Below, piece by piece: positions 12,390-25,297 of a stretch of 64,000 nucleotides of DNA. The stretch covers positions 434,001 through 498,000 of the forward strand of contig OX597815.1 of assembly GCA_951406725.2 (NCBI GenBank), given 5' to 3'. A program made the translations under genes and the position numbers. The stretch's first letter is position 1, and the number at the start of each line of letters is the position of its first letter. Origin of the DNA: Octopus vulgaris (Eukaryota). The notes under the pieces were generated by a model. The model was not told the DNA's origin. It did no database searches and saw only the letters and a list, made by a program, of their open reading frames with translations.

Positions 12390-13470
12390 AAAGACAAGAG
12401 AGGGAGAAAAGACATTTTAGCATTCATTGACTTGGGTAAAGTGTTTGACTGCAGGGGCCACATACAGGCATTTGGGGTCACTGAAGAAATTAAGGGTAGA
12501 CACTGTAGAAACCCTGTACAAAGATGCCAGAGTAAAGAATGAGGGAACAAGGATTTCAGTGATTTAACCCTTTTCTTACCCTATTTATGTTGAGATGCTC
12601 TGTGTTTCTTCCAATTAATTTAAAATGTAATAAAGAATTTACTAAAATAACTTAAAGCTAGTTTTAGGAACATAAATTGTGGCCAAGGTTTGGAAGATTT
12701 TAATTCAGAACTTTGAAAACCAGACATTTGTACTACAGAGCCAGAGGAGGTTTCAGGTGGGTTGATATCAAAAGGGTTAAGGCTCAGTTCTCAGTCCCTT
12801 CTTATTCATCATAGTCCAATGGGATGTCACAGAGGCACCTCCTATAGGTTGACGATTTAGTTCTCATAGCTGATCCATAGAGAAATTGGAGAGAAAATTT
12901 CAGGTACGGAAGCTCTGGCTAGAATGGACAGATGTTAAGGTAAACCTAGAAACAAAGGTCTTTTTAGTAGATAGGAATGAAGATCGGACTGTGGTACCTT
13001 CAGGGAGATGGCTTTGTTTGAGACCATACACTATACCCAGTGAAGCTATGGACCCCAAAGGAATGGAATGGAATCACCAGCAGGCTATCAGGACATAATT
13101 TTCATGAGTGACAAATGCAATGGAGCAATACGTCCAATGAACACAGCAGAAATAGAAACCCATTGAATGCCTGGATGGGTCATTTGATGTAGTTTATAAC
13201 TTCTGTTACCTAGAAAATTCAAAAAGCAATGGAGGTGATTGTTCTGAAAATAAAGCAGCTAGAGTAAGAAAAAGCTGGAGAAAGTTGAGGGAGTTATCAT
13301 GGCTGCAGGCAACAAAGGTCTTTTCCCTAAGAGTGTAGGGCAGATTGTACGATACTTGTGTTAGAACTGCAATACTGCACGGTACTGAGGCAAGGGCCTC
13401 GGATGTAGAGGACTTGAGAAGACAGAAAAGAAATGAAGCAAGCATGCTCTAACAGATGTGTATGGAGGTC
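12390..13470 (+). mobile_element. Old RTE-clade LINE remnant interrupted by a TTAA MITE
   Basis: LAFIDLGKVFD, QGSVLSPF, DDLVLIA and GRLYDTCVRTAILHGTEA fragments, collinear with 24400-25297. Confidence 0.7.
12568..12776. mobile_element. piggyBac-type (TTAA) MITE inserted in an RTE remnant
   Basis: TTAA|CCCTTTT...AAAAGGG|TTAA; related decayed copy in opposite orientation at ~29487-29680. Confidence 0.75.
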
Positions 13471-13546
13471 AAAGTACAGGGAACTGAGAAGATATTGGGT
13501 TGAAGTTACCCATCAAAAGTGCATCACACACATACATAAATATATA

Positions 13547-13967
13547 TATGAGAGGCTATTCAAAAGTATCTAGAAATGTTCTCTGTGGGACAAGCCCATT
13601 GTAGTTCAGGCCTCTCCCACTAGAGGTCACTTGATGCACTTGCATGTGGTGTGTCTCCGTTTTGCAGTGCTTCTTCTTTCCTGTTTGTCGATTTTTGTGA
13701 TGGCTAAAAAGGAAGAAACAGTGAGCTTCTGTGAAATTCTGTTTTCTGCTGGGGAAAATGGTGAGCGAAACAGTTGCCAGGCTTCAAACAGCTTACAAGG
13801 AGACTGAAAGAGTTCCAGCACTGCTTTGAATAGTGGAAAATGTGTTTGGACCGATGCAATGCTTCAAATGGAGAACACTTTGAAGGCGATAAAAATGTAA
13901 ACATGTAAAACTAAGGGAATAAAATAATATTGCAAAATTCCAGTTTCTTTTGGGTAACCCCTTCGTA
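13547..13967 (+). mobile_element. Internally deleted mariner element
   Basis: N-terminal ASVKFCFLLGKMVSETVARLQTAYKE joined to C-terminal FQHCFE*WKMCLDRCNASNGEHFEGD; degenerate termini ending CCCCTTCGTA. Confidence 0.65.
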
Positions 13968-15744
13968 TACATGAACAACACAAACGTATATAGACATCCA
14001 AACATATACACACACACACACACATATTTAACATCCATATTTCATGCTGGCATAAGTTGGACAGTTAAAGAGAATCCAATGAGCGAAAAGGGCTTTATTG
14101 GGCCAATGTCTGCTTTGGCAGGGCTTCTAGGGCTGGATGCCCTGCCTAATGCCAACCATTTCATGGAGCATACTCAGTGCATTTTTTCACAGCACCAGCA
14201 TTAGTGAGGTCACCAAGTAATTGGTGAGACCATCCCATACTGCATCCCAACTCTATCCCTTGATAGAGTTGGGATGCAGTATTAAGTGTGGTGGCTTTAT
14301 GATAGGTATTAAATGCTAAAGCATGATCCACACACACACACACATCTGCTGGCATGGAGATAGAGAGAGACAAACTACTGCTCTGCTCATCTCAAGTTAT
14401 TCAAAGTAGCCCTCAAGCTAGCAATTACTGCCCACTAAAAGAGAAGGACAGAGAAAATACAGACCCAAAGAAATTCCTAATCCACAGAACACCGACAGTA
14501 AATGCAGGAGACACACCATATATTAACTGCCCTTGCAGATGCAGAAGTTGTTATGGCTACAAAGAAAACAGCCTAGTTTATTCCTGAACAGGACTGACCT
14601 GACTCGGTGAGGCCACTTAGGAAGTCCCTATTGTCTTGGGTTATTTCTGATTGCAAAGGCCCTTATTACAAGCTGTTGAACTGTGTTTCAAGCCGATGAA
14701 GCCATATAACTGAATCATTTGGTCAAATTAGTGACAATTTCAGTGCAACTGCACTCGTAAGCATTGATTTAAAATTGTCTGTGAAAATGAAGAACCTGGA
14801 ATCTAAAATGTTCTCAGCTGCCAAAATGAGCAATTCTTATCAGATGAGAAGTTTGGTAAGAAGCTGGTCCCAAAACATATTCTGTGTTATATTCAAATTG
14901 TTGTGGGTTCCTATTTAGTTGAATGTTAGGGTACTATATAAGAACTATCTAAAATTTGTTAAGTTGAAGAATTTAATGTAAGAAATACAAACAAGTAACA
15001 AAGAGCAGAGACAGAAAGTGGAGAAGAGGAAAGAATTTGTGAGAGGCAAATGGGAATTGGTAAATATTGCTTATTGAAAGTGAAATGGATCAGAAATAAG
15101 TTGGAATCAATGGGGAAATTTTTCAATTTTGTGTATGTGTGTGTATATGTGTGTGTCTGTGTGTGTGTATGTGTGTGTGTGTGTATGTGTGTGTGTGTGT
15201 GTGTGTGTGTATGTGAGTGTGCACGCACTGTAAATAGGATAAACAGAGAGAATGGAGTTTAAAAACTGAAGAGAACATCAGAAATGGATTCAATTTTTGT
15301 GCAGTTCTCGAAAAGTGAGCCAAAATCTTTATTCCTGGTTCGAGTAGCCAAAGCCCAAGCAGCAGCAGCAGCAGCAGAGTGTTCTGAGTGAATCAGGAGA
15401 AGGTCAGAGAAGCCGACGCTATTGTAATACAAGAGAATGAGGAAAGCCTTAGAATGCCCTTAGGAAATCAGAACGAATCGAAATCGAGGGATTCCAAGAT
15501 GTGATTTGAATTTTCCCCTCAAAACTTAATTTGCGATTAAAAGGGGCAACAACAAATGAGATGTTAAGGGGAGAGAAAGGGACCAGTTATTGAGGGGCTG
15601 AATGCATGGTTAGGGTTTGAAAGTATTCCTAATAATAAACTGTTAATTGGATTGATGACATCATCCTGATATAATGAGCAGCAGGGGTGGAGACGGGGAA
15701 ATAGATTAATACACACGCACACATCAATGTATTGCGTGTGTGTA

Positions 15745-16414
15745 TGCACACACATATACATACACACATAAATATATACACACACACACACATAAATATA
15801 CACACACACACAAATATATACACACACACACACACAAATATATACACACACACACACACAAAATATACACACACACACACACAAATATACACACACACAC
15901 AAATATATACACACACACAAATATATACACACACACACACAAATATATATACACACACACACACACAAATATACACACACACACAAATATATACACACAC
16001 ACACAAATATATACACACACACACACAAATATACACACACACACACACAAATATATACACACACACACACACATAAATATATACACACACACATAAATAT
16101 ACACACACACACACATAAATATACACACACACACAAATATATACACACACACAAATATATACACACATACACACACACAAATATACACACACACACAAAT
16201 ATATACACACACACAAATATATACACACATACACACACAAATATATATACACACACACACACAAATATATATACACACACACAAATATATACACACACAC
16301 ACAAATATATACACACATACACACACACACACACACAAATATATACACACACACAAATATATACACACATACACACACAAATATATACACACACACAAAT
16401 ATACACACACACAC

Positions 16415-16449
<35 letters not shown>

Positions 16450-16785
16450 AATATATACACACACACACACAAATATACACACACACACACACAAATATAT
16501 ACACACATACACAAATATATATACACACACACACAAATATATACACACACACAAATATATACACACACACACACAAATATATATATATACACACACACAC
16601 ACAAATATACACACACACACACAAATATATACACACACACACAAATATATACACACACACACAATATATACACACACACACATATATACACACACACACA
16701 TACACACACACACATATACACACACACATACATACACACACACACACATATATATATATACACACACACACATACATAAACACAT
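15745..16785. repeat. Compound minisatellite (CA)n-AAATATAT, ~1 kb
   Basis: Many ~18-26-nt units of ACACACACAAATATAT; source of the 350-500-aa CVY-rich ORFs. Confidence 0.95.
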
Positions 16786-18953
16786 ACTGGCTCACATACA
16801 CACCTATCCACATACACAACCATATTATATAAAGTAAAAGAAGGCAGCCAGGATTGGGATAAAAACTGTTTATTTAGCATTTTCATCCTTTTTAGGGAGT
16901 CAAGATGAACGGTTATTAGCCACAATGAATCCCTAAAAGGGTCAAAAACACTAAATAAAATTTTTTTTATCCCAATTCTGATTACCTTCTTTTTCTTAAT
17001 ATATAAAACTTCAACACATTCTCTCCGTGTGTGTGTGTGGGGGGGGGAATTACACACATATGAATACAGAAATAAATAGACACACACACAGTCTTTCCCA
17101 TAAACACATACACATTATATTCACATACACATGCATATACACACTTGTGACAGAGTTTAATTATGCTTGAATAGCATATAATAATGTGTGTGTGTGTGTG
17201 TGTGTGTTTAGCTGTGCACGTGCTCGTCCACGTTTGTGTCTGAGTCTGTTTCTTGGTGTACACGTACCTATGCATTTGTGGGTGTATGTGTGTATGACTC
17301 AGCCCATGTGTGTGTGTGTGTGTGTGTTATTCTGTCAGTGTGTATCCATGCTTCTATGCTAATTGCAAGCCACACTTTCAGCTTCCAAAGTATGGTGCCA
17401 AGCAACAAAGATACTTATTTAAAAAAAAATATGGCCATTTAGGTTTACGTCTGTTCTTTAGTAGCAGAGCACCAATTTAAACAGATATTTTCTGTCGTGT
17501 GTGTGTATATATATATATATATGTTGTGTTTGATTATTCAGTCTGTGTATTGAATTACATAATACTGGTGCAGATCAACTTAACTCCATATTTCAACACT
17601 TTCCTAATAAAACAACACTGAGCTTGATTGGCTTATATTTTACACTAATCCTAATCCTCTAATCCTTGCAACCGGAATTTGATAAAAAGATTACAGTGAT
17701 ATATACATTAATTAAAATAGTTAATTATCAACATTGCGGTTTTAGTTTTCCTTCCCTCATTGATAAAGTTGTGTGCTTATTAATTAGAAATTGCTATTTC
17801 TGCCATTAAATGTAAAATTTGAAATGAGTTTATGCCCGGCTAAACAGGAAGTATGTTTTATAACTTTATAAACACCATTACGATCACAGACAAGAGAATC
17901 GCCTTTAAATTGCACCCAACCATCTTAGAATAAGAGACACACTGCATGATGTAGTCTTTGAAAAAAAATAAGATGGTGAGAGCTGGAATGTCTTTGATCA
18001 TATAAGTCTATTCAACCAGGGCTAGCCTAGGGTTAAAAGAATCTCTTTCTTGTTATTGTTGATATGACATGATTAGCGCATTGTTCTGAGTTCAAATTCC
18101 ACAGAAGCCAACTTCCACAGAGGGCAACTTTGTCTTTCATCCTTTTGGGGTCAATAAAATAAGGTACCAGTCAAGTGTTAGGGTTAGGGTCAATGTAATC
18201 AACTAGCCCCCTCCTACCAAATTCCAGGCACTGTACCTATAGTAGAAAGGACTACTACTATTAGAGTGTTACTCATCATATGACAGAGAAATTCACTTTT
18301 ACCACCCTGGCTAATAACGGGGAATGTAGCACACATACAAAACAATTAGGATTTGACTGTTGGAAAATTTCTTGGAGTTTATACAAAATATTGAATTAAA
18401 TACTTATTTTCAAAAGACAAACATTTTTCTTATCATCATCATTTAACGTGCGTTTTCCATGCTAGCATGGGTTGGACAGTTCGACCAGGGCTGATAAGCT
18501 GAGGGGCTGCACCATACTCCTGTCTGATTTGGAATGGTTTCTATGGCTGGATGCCCTTCCTAGCACCAACCACTCTCACAGTATAATGGGTGCTTTTACG
18601 TGCCACCAGCATCAGCCACAACTATGATTTCACTTGGCTTGATGGATCTTCTCAAGCACAGCATCTCACCAAAAGTCTCAGACTCTAGTCATTGCCTCTG
18701 TGAGGCCCAAAGTTCAAAGATCATGCTTCACCACATCGTCCCAAGTCTTCCTGGGTCTACCTCTACCACAGGTTCCTTCCACAGAGATCAGCATGTCTCT
18801 ACACAGTTGTCCTCATCCATATCTGTCACATGACCATACCAAGATGAGAGAGAGAGGGTGGGTGGATGGGAGACAGACAGTGGTTTAACAATCAACAGAA
18901 ATATTCCAAATTCTAAAATAACAAAAGAGAAAATATGGAAAAAAGTGTCTCAC

Positions 18954-19332
18954 CAAGGAAGATCCAAGCAAACTGTGGACTGTTGGTCAGCACCATGGCA
19001 ACAACATCACCTTTCTGAATTCCCAGTGATAGCAAAAGATTAGCAACTTTGTTGGAGATTTTATCAGCATAACTGTAAGTATATTGTTGTTGGTCAAAGA
19101 TGAGAAATACTTTGTCTGGGTTCGCTTTCACCGAAGCCTGAAAGACGTCAGCTAAACTCATGACTTTGTAGTTTTTACTTTTTTCTTTGCCAACTTTTGA
19201 TAATGTGGACAAAAGACGGATGTCATAATAGAGCAGCTGTAGAGTGGGTTTCAGGGCCTTTTTCCAGATATAATAACCGATTCCAGCAAGACCACTGGTC
19301 AGTGATGCCATAATCAGCATTCTCAAATCCAT
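18954..19332 (-). CDS. SLC27A/FATP-family very-long-chain acyl-CoA synthetase, first coding exon
   Basis: Translates MDLRMLIMASLTSGLAGIGYYIW...DVFQASVKANPDKVFLIFDQQQYTYSYADKISNKVANLLLSLGIQKGDVVAMVLTNSPQFAWIFL(G): N-terminal hydrophobic anchor plus FATP-like N-domain. Donor TTCCTTG|GTGAG at 18954/18953 (phase 1). An acceptor ttgttttcag lies 17 nt upstream of the ATG (exon starts 19349), implying a further upstream 5'UTR exon. Paralogue not assignable. Confidence 0.9.
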
Positions 19333-19583
19333 TGTTACTCGTCAATAAACTGAAAACAAACAAATATACAATATTACTATAAGAAATAAAACAGTTTATA
19401 AATAGACACCAATATATTACTGGTACTTATTTAACAATACTGGCTACAAGATCACTGAGGTGTGGGAGATACTTTCTTCGTGGGGGAAAAAAAAACAAAC
19501 TTGAAAACGTTTTCCCCATGATCGAGAAATTGTTAATCAAGAAATTGTTACTGTGATTTAAGACAAACTGAAACCAGCCCTTG

Positions 19584-19849
19584 GCAAATGCTTTCCATTT
19601 ACATTATTTATATTTGACCGACATTTGTCCTCATCTTGTTTATTGTTAACACAACGTTTCGGCTGATATACCCTCCAGCCTTCATCAGGTGTCTTGGGGA
19701 AATTTCGAACCTGGATTCTCATTCCTAAGGTATTTTTCTATGTTGTTGTTGTTGTTATTATTATTATTATTATTCAGGTCACTGCCTGGAATCGAACTCG
19801 GAATGTTGGGGTTCGTAGCCTGCACTCTTGACCACTACGCCATATGCCC
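19584..19849 (-). mobile_element. tRNA-Arg(ACG)-derived SINE carrying a hammerhead ribozyme
   Basis: Head GGGCATATGGCGTAGTGGTCAAGAGTGCAGGCTACGAACCCCAACATTCCGAGTTCGATTCCAGGCAGTGACC (A box TGGCGTAGTGG, CTACGAA anticodon loop, B box GAGTTCGATTCC), then an (AAT)n(AAC)n spacer, then a hammerhead core. Second copy at 27180-27363. Confidence 0.8.
19648..19693 (-). ncRNA. Minimal type I hammerhead ribozyme
   Basis: GACAC-CTGATGA-A-GGCTG-gagggtatat-CAGCC-GAAACGTT-GTGTT: stem I GACAC/GTGTT, stem II GGCTG/CAGCC, palindromic ACGT stem III. Predicted cleavage after the second U (19653/19652). Confidence 0.8.
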
Positions 19850-21019
19850 GTGGGCATATTTTGCTTTACAGATTATTAAAAATTGATGATGGGTGCAGGC
19901 ATGGCTGTGTGGTAGGAAGTTTGCTTCATAACCACATAGATCTGGGTTCAGTCCTACTGCGTGACACCTTAAGCAAGTGCCTTCTGCTATAGCTTCAGGC
20001 CAACCAAAGCTTTGTGAATGGATTTAGTAGATGGAAACCGAAAGAAGCCCATCATGTGTGTGTGTGTGTGTGTGTCACTGTGTTTGTCCCCTCCCACCAC
20101 CACTTGACAAATGGTGTTGGTTTGTTTATGTCCCTATAACTTAGCAGTTCAACAAAAAGAGACTGACAGAATAAGTACCAAACTTTAAACAAGGTGCTAG
20201 GATCAATTCATTTGACTAAAAATTCTTCAAGGCAGTGCCCCAGCATGGCCACAGTCTAATGACTGAAACAAGCAAAAGCTATAAACATACTTGCTTTAAA
20301 TATTTCATTTCTGAGAAAAGAGTCACCCCACCCCCACCCCAACCCCAACCCCACCACCTATAAAGAGACAATAGTCCAAGAAGTGATTTATAAGGCTTGT
20401 CTAATTCACACTGCTACCTCCTCTTACTCTTCCTCCTCCTAGAGATGCCGTTTCCATTTCTTTTGGAAACCATTCTGGAATCCTTCAGATCTGTTGTTTG
20501 CTTCTTCTTCTTCTTCCAAGTGTTTTCTATTTTCCTTGAGGGTGGGGAGAGATTTATCCAATGGTTTGTCATTCCAGCTTTCATCTCCTCTTCATTACCA
20601 AAAGATAAAGTTTTACTGCTACAATGGGTCTGCTAGGTTTCTCAATCATCAACTCTTGGGACTGAAGAACAGACAATTTTCAAAACAAATCTCTGGAAAC
20701 TGTGGAAAACTCTGGAAAGTGTCTTCTACTATAGCCTCGGGCCTTGTGAGTGGATTTGGTAGACGGAAACTGAAAGAAGCCCGTCGTATATATGTATATA
20801 TATATATATATGCGTGTGTGTGTTTGTGTGTCTGTGTTTGTCCCCCTAGCATTGCTTGACAACCGATGCTGGTGTGTTTATGTCCCCATTACTTAGCGGT
20901 TCGGCAAAAGAGAACGATAGAATAAGTACTGGGCTTACAAAAGAGTTGCTCGATTAAAGGCGGTGCTCCAGCATGGCCGCAGTCAAACGACTGAAACAAG
21001 TAAAAGAGCAAACTAATTC

Positions 21020-21500
21020 CTATGGATCAAAGGTGTTTCTTTCTTTGCATGTTCAAACTTCTCAGGGTCGGAAGTCGTCAGGTGATTGTAACTTCCACAT
21101 TTATAGCAACTCTGTCACCACAATGAAATACAGCCTGAGAGGGACTTAGTACTTTTGGAGATTCATCAGAACTTGTATGATAACGACCCCTGTCCCTGAG
21201 CATATTGTCTCAGGTCACCTTTGCACTCAATACCTAGTCATGCTGTACTGCAAAGGTGACACTGAACCAGTGATCAACATAAACCTGTTGTGAAAACTGG
21301 TCAGTGCGGGGATGCTACTCTAATTAAACCAGACACAGTCCCCAAGATCCCAGACCTCGTTCACTTCCAGGAGGGGAAAAGCTAAATGTTAGAGTTGAGG
21401 GTAAAAAGTCACAGTGCCACCTGTGTGGGGAGACAGGTCACTGGAGAGCTTTCTGCTCCCAACAACTAAACCAGCAATGATCAACATTAAAAGTGGCACC
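21020..21500 (+). mobile_element. L1/Tx1-type non-LTR ORF1 remnant with CCHC zinc knuckle
   Basis: TVPKIPDLVHF...LNVRVEGKKSQCHLCGETGHWRAFCSQQ (C-x2-C-x4-H-x4-C at 21415-21456). Not in the ORF track. Confidence 0.6.
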
Positions 21501-24399
21501 AACAACAAGAACATTATCATCATTGTTTAACGTTCACTTTCCATGCTAGCATGGGTTGGATGATTTGATTGGGGTCCAGCGAACCAGATGACTGCACCAG
21601 GTTCCAATCTGATCTGGAAGAGCTTCTACAGCTGGATGTCCTTCCTAACGCCAACCACTCCGGGAGTGTAGTGGGTGCTTTTACGTGCCACCGGCATGAG
21701 GGCCAGTTAGGTGGTACTGGCAACGGCCACACTCAAATGGTGCTTTTTATGTGCCACCTGCACAGGAGCCAGTCCAGTGGCACTGGCAACGACCTCACTC
21801 AAATGTTTTTTCACATGCCACTAGCACAAGTGCCAGTAAGGCGACGCAGGTAACGATCACGCTTAAATGGTGCTTTTTACGTGCCACCAGCAAAGAAGCC
21901 AGTTTGTTGCTCTGGCAACAATCAAGCTCGGATGGTACTCTTAGCGCTCCACTGGCACAGGTGCCAGTCATCGAATTTAATTTTGATTTCGATTTCACTT
22001 GCCTCAACAGGTGTTAGCAAATGCTGGAAGAACACCAATACCAGATCAACAACAGAAAGAATAATAATAACAGACACACACAATACCCAGGGACTCTCCC
22101 ACGCCCTTCCCTCACATCATCTCCTCTAAACTCAAATACATATTCGATTTGAACCTCGATTCACCACATACACAAATGCATCTGCCTCATGCAGTGAAAA
22201 AGAGGGGGGGGGGCCACATAACCAAAAATAAACACGGTAAAACATCAAACCCCACACACCAAAAAACAGAAAGAACACCCAGCAGCATCAGCAAGTCCTC
22301 CAGCAGCACAATCGTCGACACAGACATCACCATGACAACCAACTCTACCAACATGACCACAACTGCAACAACTAACAAAAACAACCAACCATACAAGCAA
22401 AAAGTTTCGTGCTTATGAGGAGGGCTGACAAAGAACTGATGGCCCCTAATAGCACAAAGGAAGGACCTTCAGAGAGAGAGAGAGAGGATGTGATCTTTGG
22501 CACTAGCACCATTCGTATGCCAGAAACACTGATGATGACATTAGGGAGAGCTTCCCTCATGAATTGGGAACCCCTAATGTAAAAGCCATGAGTAGGATTT
22601 TAAGGGGGTTCTCAAAAGAACCCCAACAATTACAGAGGTTGAACCACCTGACATTCAGTGGTACCCAGTGGGTAAGTAAACACCCTTTGTTTCTTCTCCA
22701 AATTCTCTCCGGTCATCATGGTGGGTTTAAAATGGTTGCCCTGCAGGTAAGGTCACCTGCTCAGCGACCTCAGGTCACAAGTTATAGATGTGACAGCCAT
22801 CAGCAAAACCAGAATGTCTGACGCACAATCAAGCTCCTATTTTCAATGCTTTTGAGATCTTCTCATCACTTAGTTGGCCCGGAATGGGAGGTGAGGTGGA
22901 AGTGCTTCTTAGACTTAGATGGTAAGATGGTGGTCCTGGATGTGAGCAATAGCAAAGGTGGTGCTTTTAGACTAGTCCCCTATATACACCCCAACTGGGA
23001 TGGGGCTGCCAGAATTTCTTCAGACATTTGGAGGTCTTCCTTGAGATATCTCACCCTTTAGATTTAGTGTCTTTATGTTCTGAGTTCAAATTCCACCAAG
23101 GTTTTAACTTAACTTTTCATCCTTTCAGGGCCAATGAGATAAGTACCAGTCGAGTATTGGGGGGAGGGGGGTCGAAGTAATTGAAAAGCCTCCTTTCCCA
23201 GAATTTCAGGCCCTGTACCTAATGTAGAAAGGATTATTATTATGAAACGCGTCTTTTAGAAAGTTGTCAATAACTAAAAATTTTTTAAAGTTATTTTCCC
23301 AAACTGGAAAACAACAACAACAACAATAATAATAATCTAGACATAGGTTCATGGATCCCAGCAAATTGTGAAATATCTGCTGAAACAAAAATCAACCAAA
23401 TTAAATAAAAACAGAAGAAAAACAAAACAATAGAAATGATTGTTGTAGAAAGGCTTTGATGTTTTCAGATGTGGAAGATGAAGACAGAAAGAATAAGTTT
23501 TAATCAGCGAACAAAGAAAATAATGTGTTCAAATGAAAAACAGCCAGATGTATGTAGAATCGATACAGGGTGTATATGTGTGTGTGTGTGTGTATATATA
23601 GGAGAGAGTGAGGGCGATGGGAGGTAGGAAAGAGAATGAAAGGGAGAGAGAGAGAGAGGTAGGAGGAAGAAAGAGAATGAACGGGAGAGATACTGAAGGG
23701 GAGAGAGAGAGGAAGGAGGAAGAAAGGGAATGAAGGGGGGAGAGAGATGAAGGATGAAGAAAGGGAATGAAGGGGGAGAGAGAGAGAGAGAGGTACTACT
23801 ATGCAGCAGACAGTAATTTTGTTGTGGAGAGAAGAATAAAGAGAAAAGAATAGGAAAAACCATTTGAGAGAGTTTTTCTGTCAGCAGTTGGGAGGGAGTT
23901 GAAGGGTTTTACGTAATGAAAGCAACCGGGGGGGGGGGGAGAATGATAATCCTTTCTGCTGTAGGCACAAGGCTTGAAACTTTGGGGGGTGGGAGAGGAT
24001 AAGTTGATTACATCGACCCCAGTACTCAACTGGCACCTGTTTTATCGACCCCGAAAGGATGAAAGAGGGATAATAATAATAACATGTGGTGCCTGTGTTC
24101 CTATGTTGGTATGAGTCGGCTGGTTTGATAATAAGATTACTGAAATAATAATAATAATAATGCGGCTAATATTACCATCACCACTACTACTACTACTCAT
24201 AGTAATTTCTAATTTTGGCACAAGGTCAGCAATTTTAGAGGAGAGTTAAGTCACATCGATTGGTACTTTATTGACCCTGAATGGATGAAAGGCAAACTTG
24301 ATGTCTGTCAGGTTTGAACTTATAATGTAAAGGACGGAGGAAAAGGGTATTGAGGGAGAGATATATGGCTACTATTTCTAGCAACTCAAACAACCACTG

Positions 24400-25297
24400 C
24401 TACAATAATGGAAAAAGTGAAACAGCCGATCATAGCAGCAGTTTTGTGCCAGGGAAAAGCACCACTGCCATATTTCTGGAAAGGTAGCCGCAAGAGAAAC
24501 CTTTGTACTTGGCTTTTGTTGACTTGGAGAAAGCCTTTGACAAGGTCCCTTGTTCCCTTATCTGGTGGTCAATGAGGAAACTAGGGATAGATGAGTGGCT
24601 TGTGAGGGCTGTACAAGCCATGCACAGGGAGGCTATCAGTAAGGTTAGGGTTGGTAACAAGTACAGCAAATAATTCATGGTACAAGTAGGGGTTCACCAA
24701 GGATTGGTCCTCAGCCCCCTTCTATTTATCATAGTCCTCCAGGCAATAACAGAGGAATTCAAGACAGGCTGCACCTGGGAACTCTTCTATGCTGATGACC
24801 TTGTTCTTCTTATAGCTGAATCACTACCAGAACTAGAGAAGAAGTTCCAGGTAGGGAAGCAAGGTCTAGAATCAAAGGGCCTTAGAGTTAACTTAGCGAA
24901 AACCAAAGTCTTATTAAGTAGGAAGGCAGACAAATCCCTTCATGTAGATGGCCCTGCTCGATATGTAGAAAAGGCGTAGGTAGAAATTCCATAAGATGTA
25001 CCCAGTGTAAGCTAGGGACACATAAGAGATGCAGCAATATTAGAGGAAGGTTAACTGGGAAAATAGCTTTTGTATGTGGAAGATGCACAGGGGCAATAAA
25101 CACTGACAATGTACAGAAAACAGACTCCATCAAATACTGGAGCGGGGGGAAGGGGTTAAGTTAGTAGATAGCTTCTGTTATCTCAGTAACCAACTTAGTA
25201 GCAGAGGTGGATGCTCTGAGAGCATAGCTGTGACAATAAGATTAGGTTGGGCAAAGTTCAGAGAGCTCTTAATTCTGCTGGCAACAAAGGGCCTCTA
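24400..25297 (+). mobile_element. RTE-clade LINE reverse transcriptase fragment
   Basis: LYLAFVDLEKAFDKVP...VGVHQGLVLSPLLFIIV...LFYADDLV...GLRVNLAKTKV with stops and frameshifts, followed by a Cys/His finger. Confidence 0.9.

Noticed and set aside
15564-17087. 507-aa and overlapping CVY/HT-rich ORFs
   Set aside because: Translations of the (CA)n-AAATAT minisatellite, open in several frames on both strands.
19776-19849. Possible functional tRNA-Arg(ACG) gene
   Set aside because: Acceptor and anticodon stems are poorly paired and the sequence continues into a repeated body; it is a SINE head.
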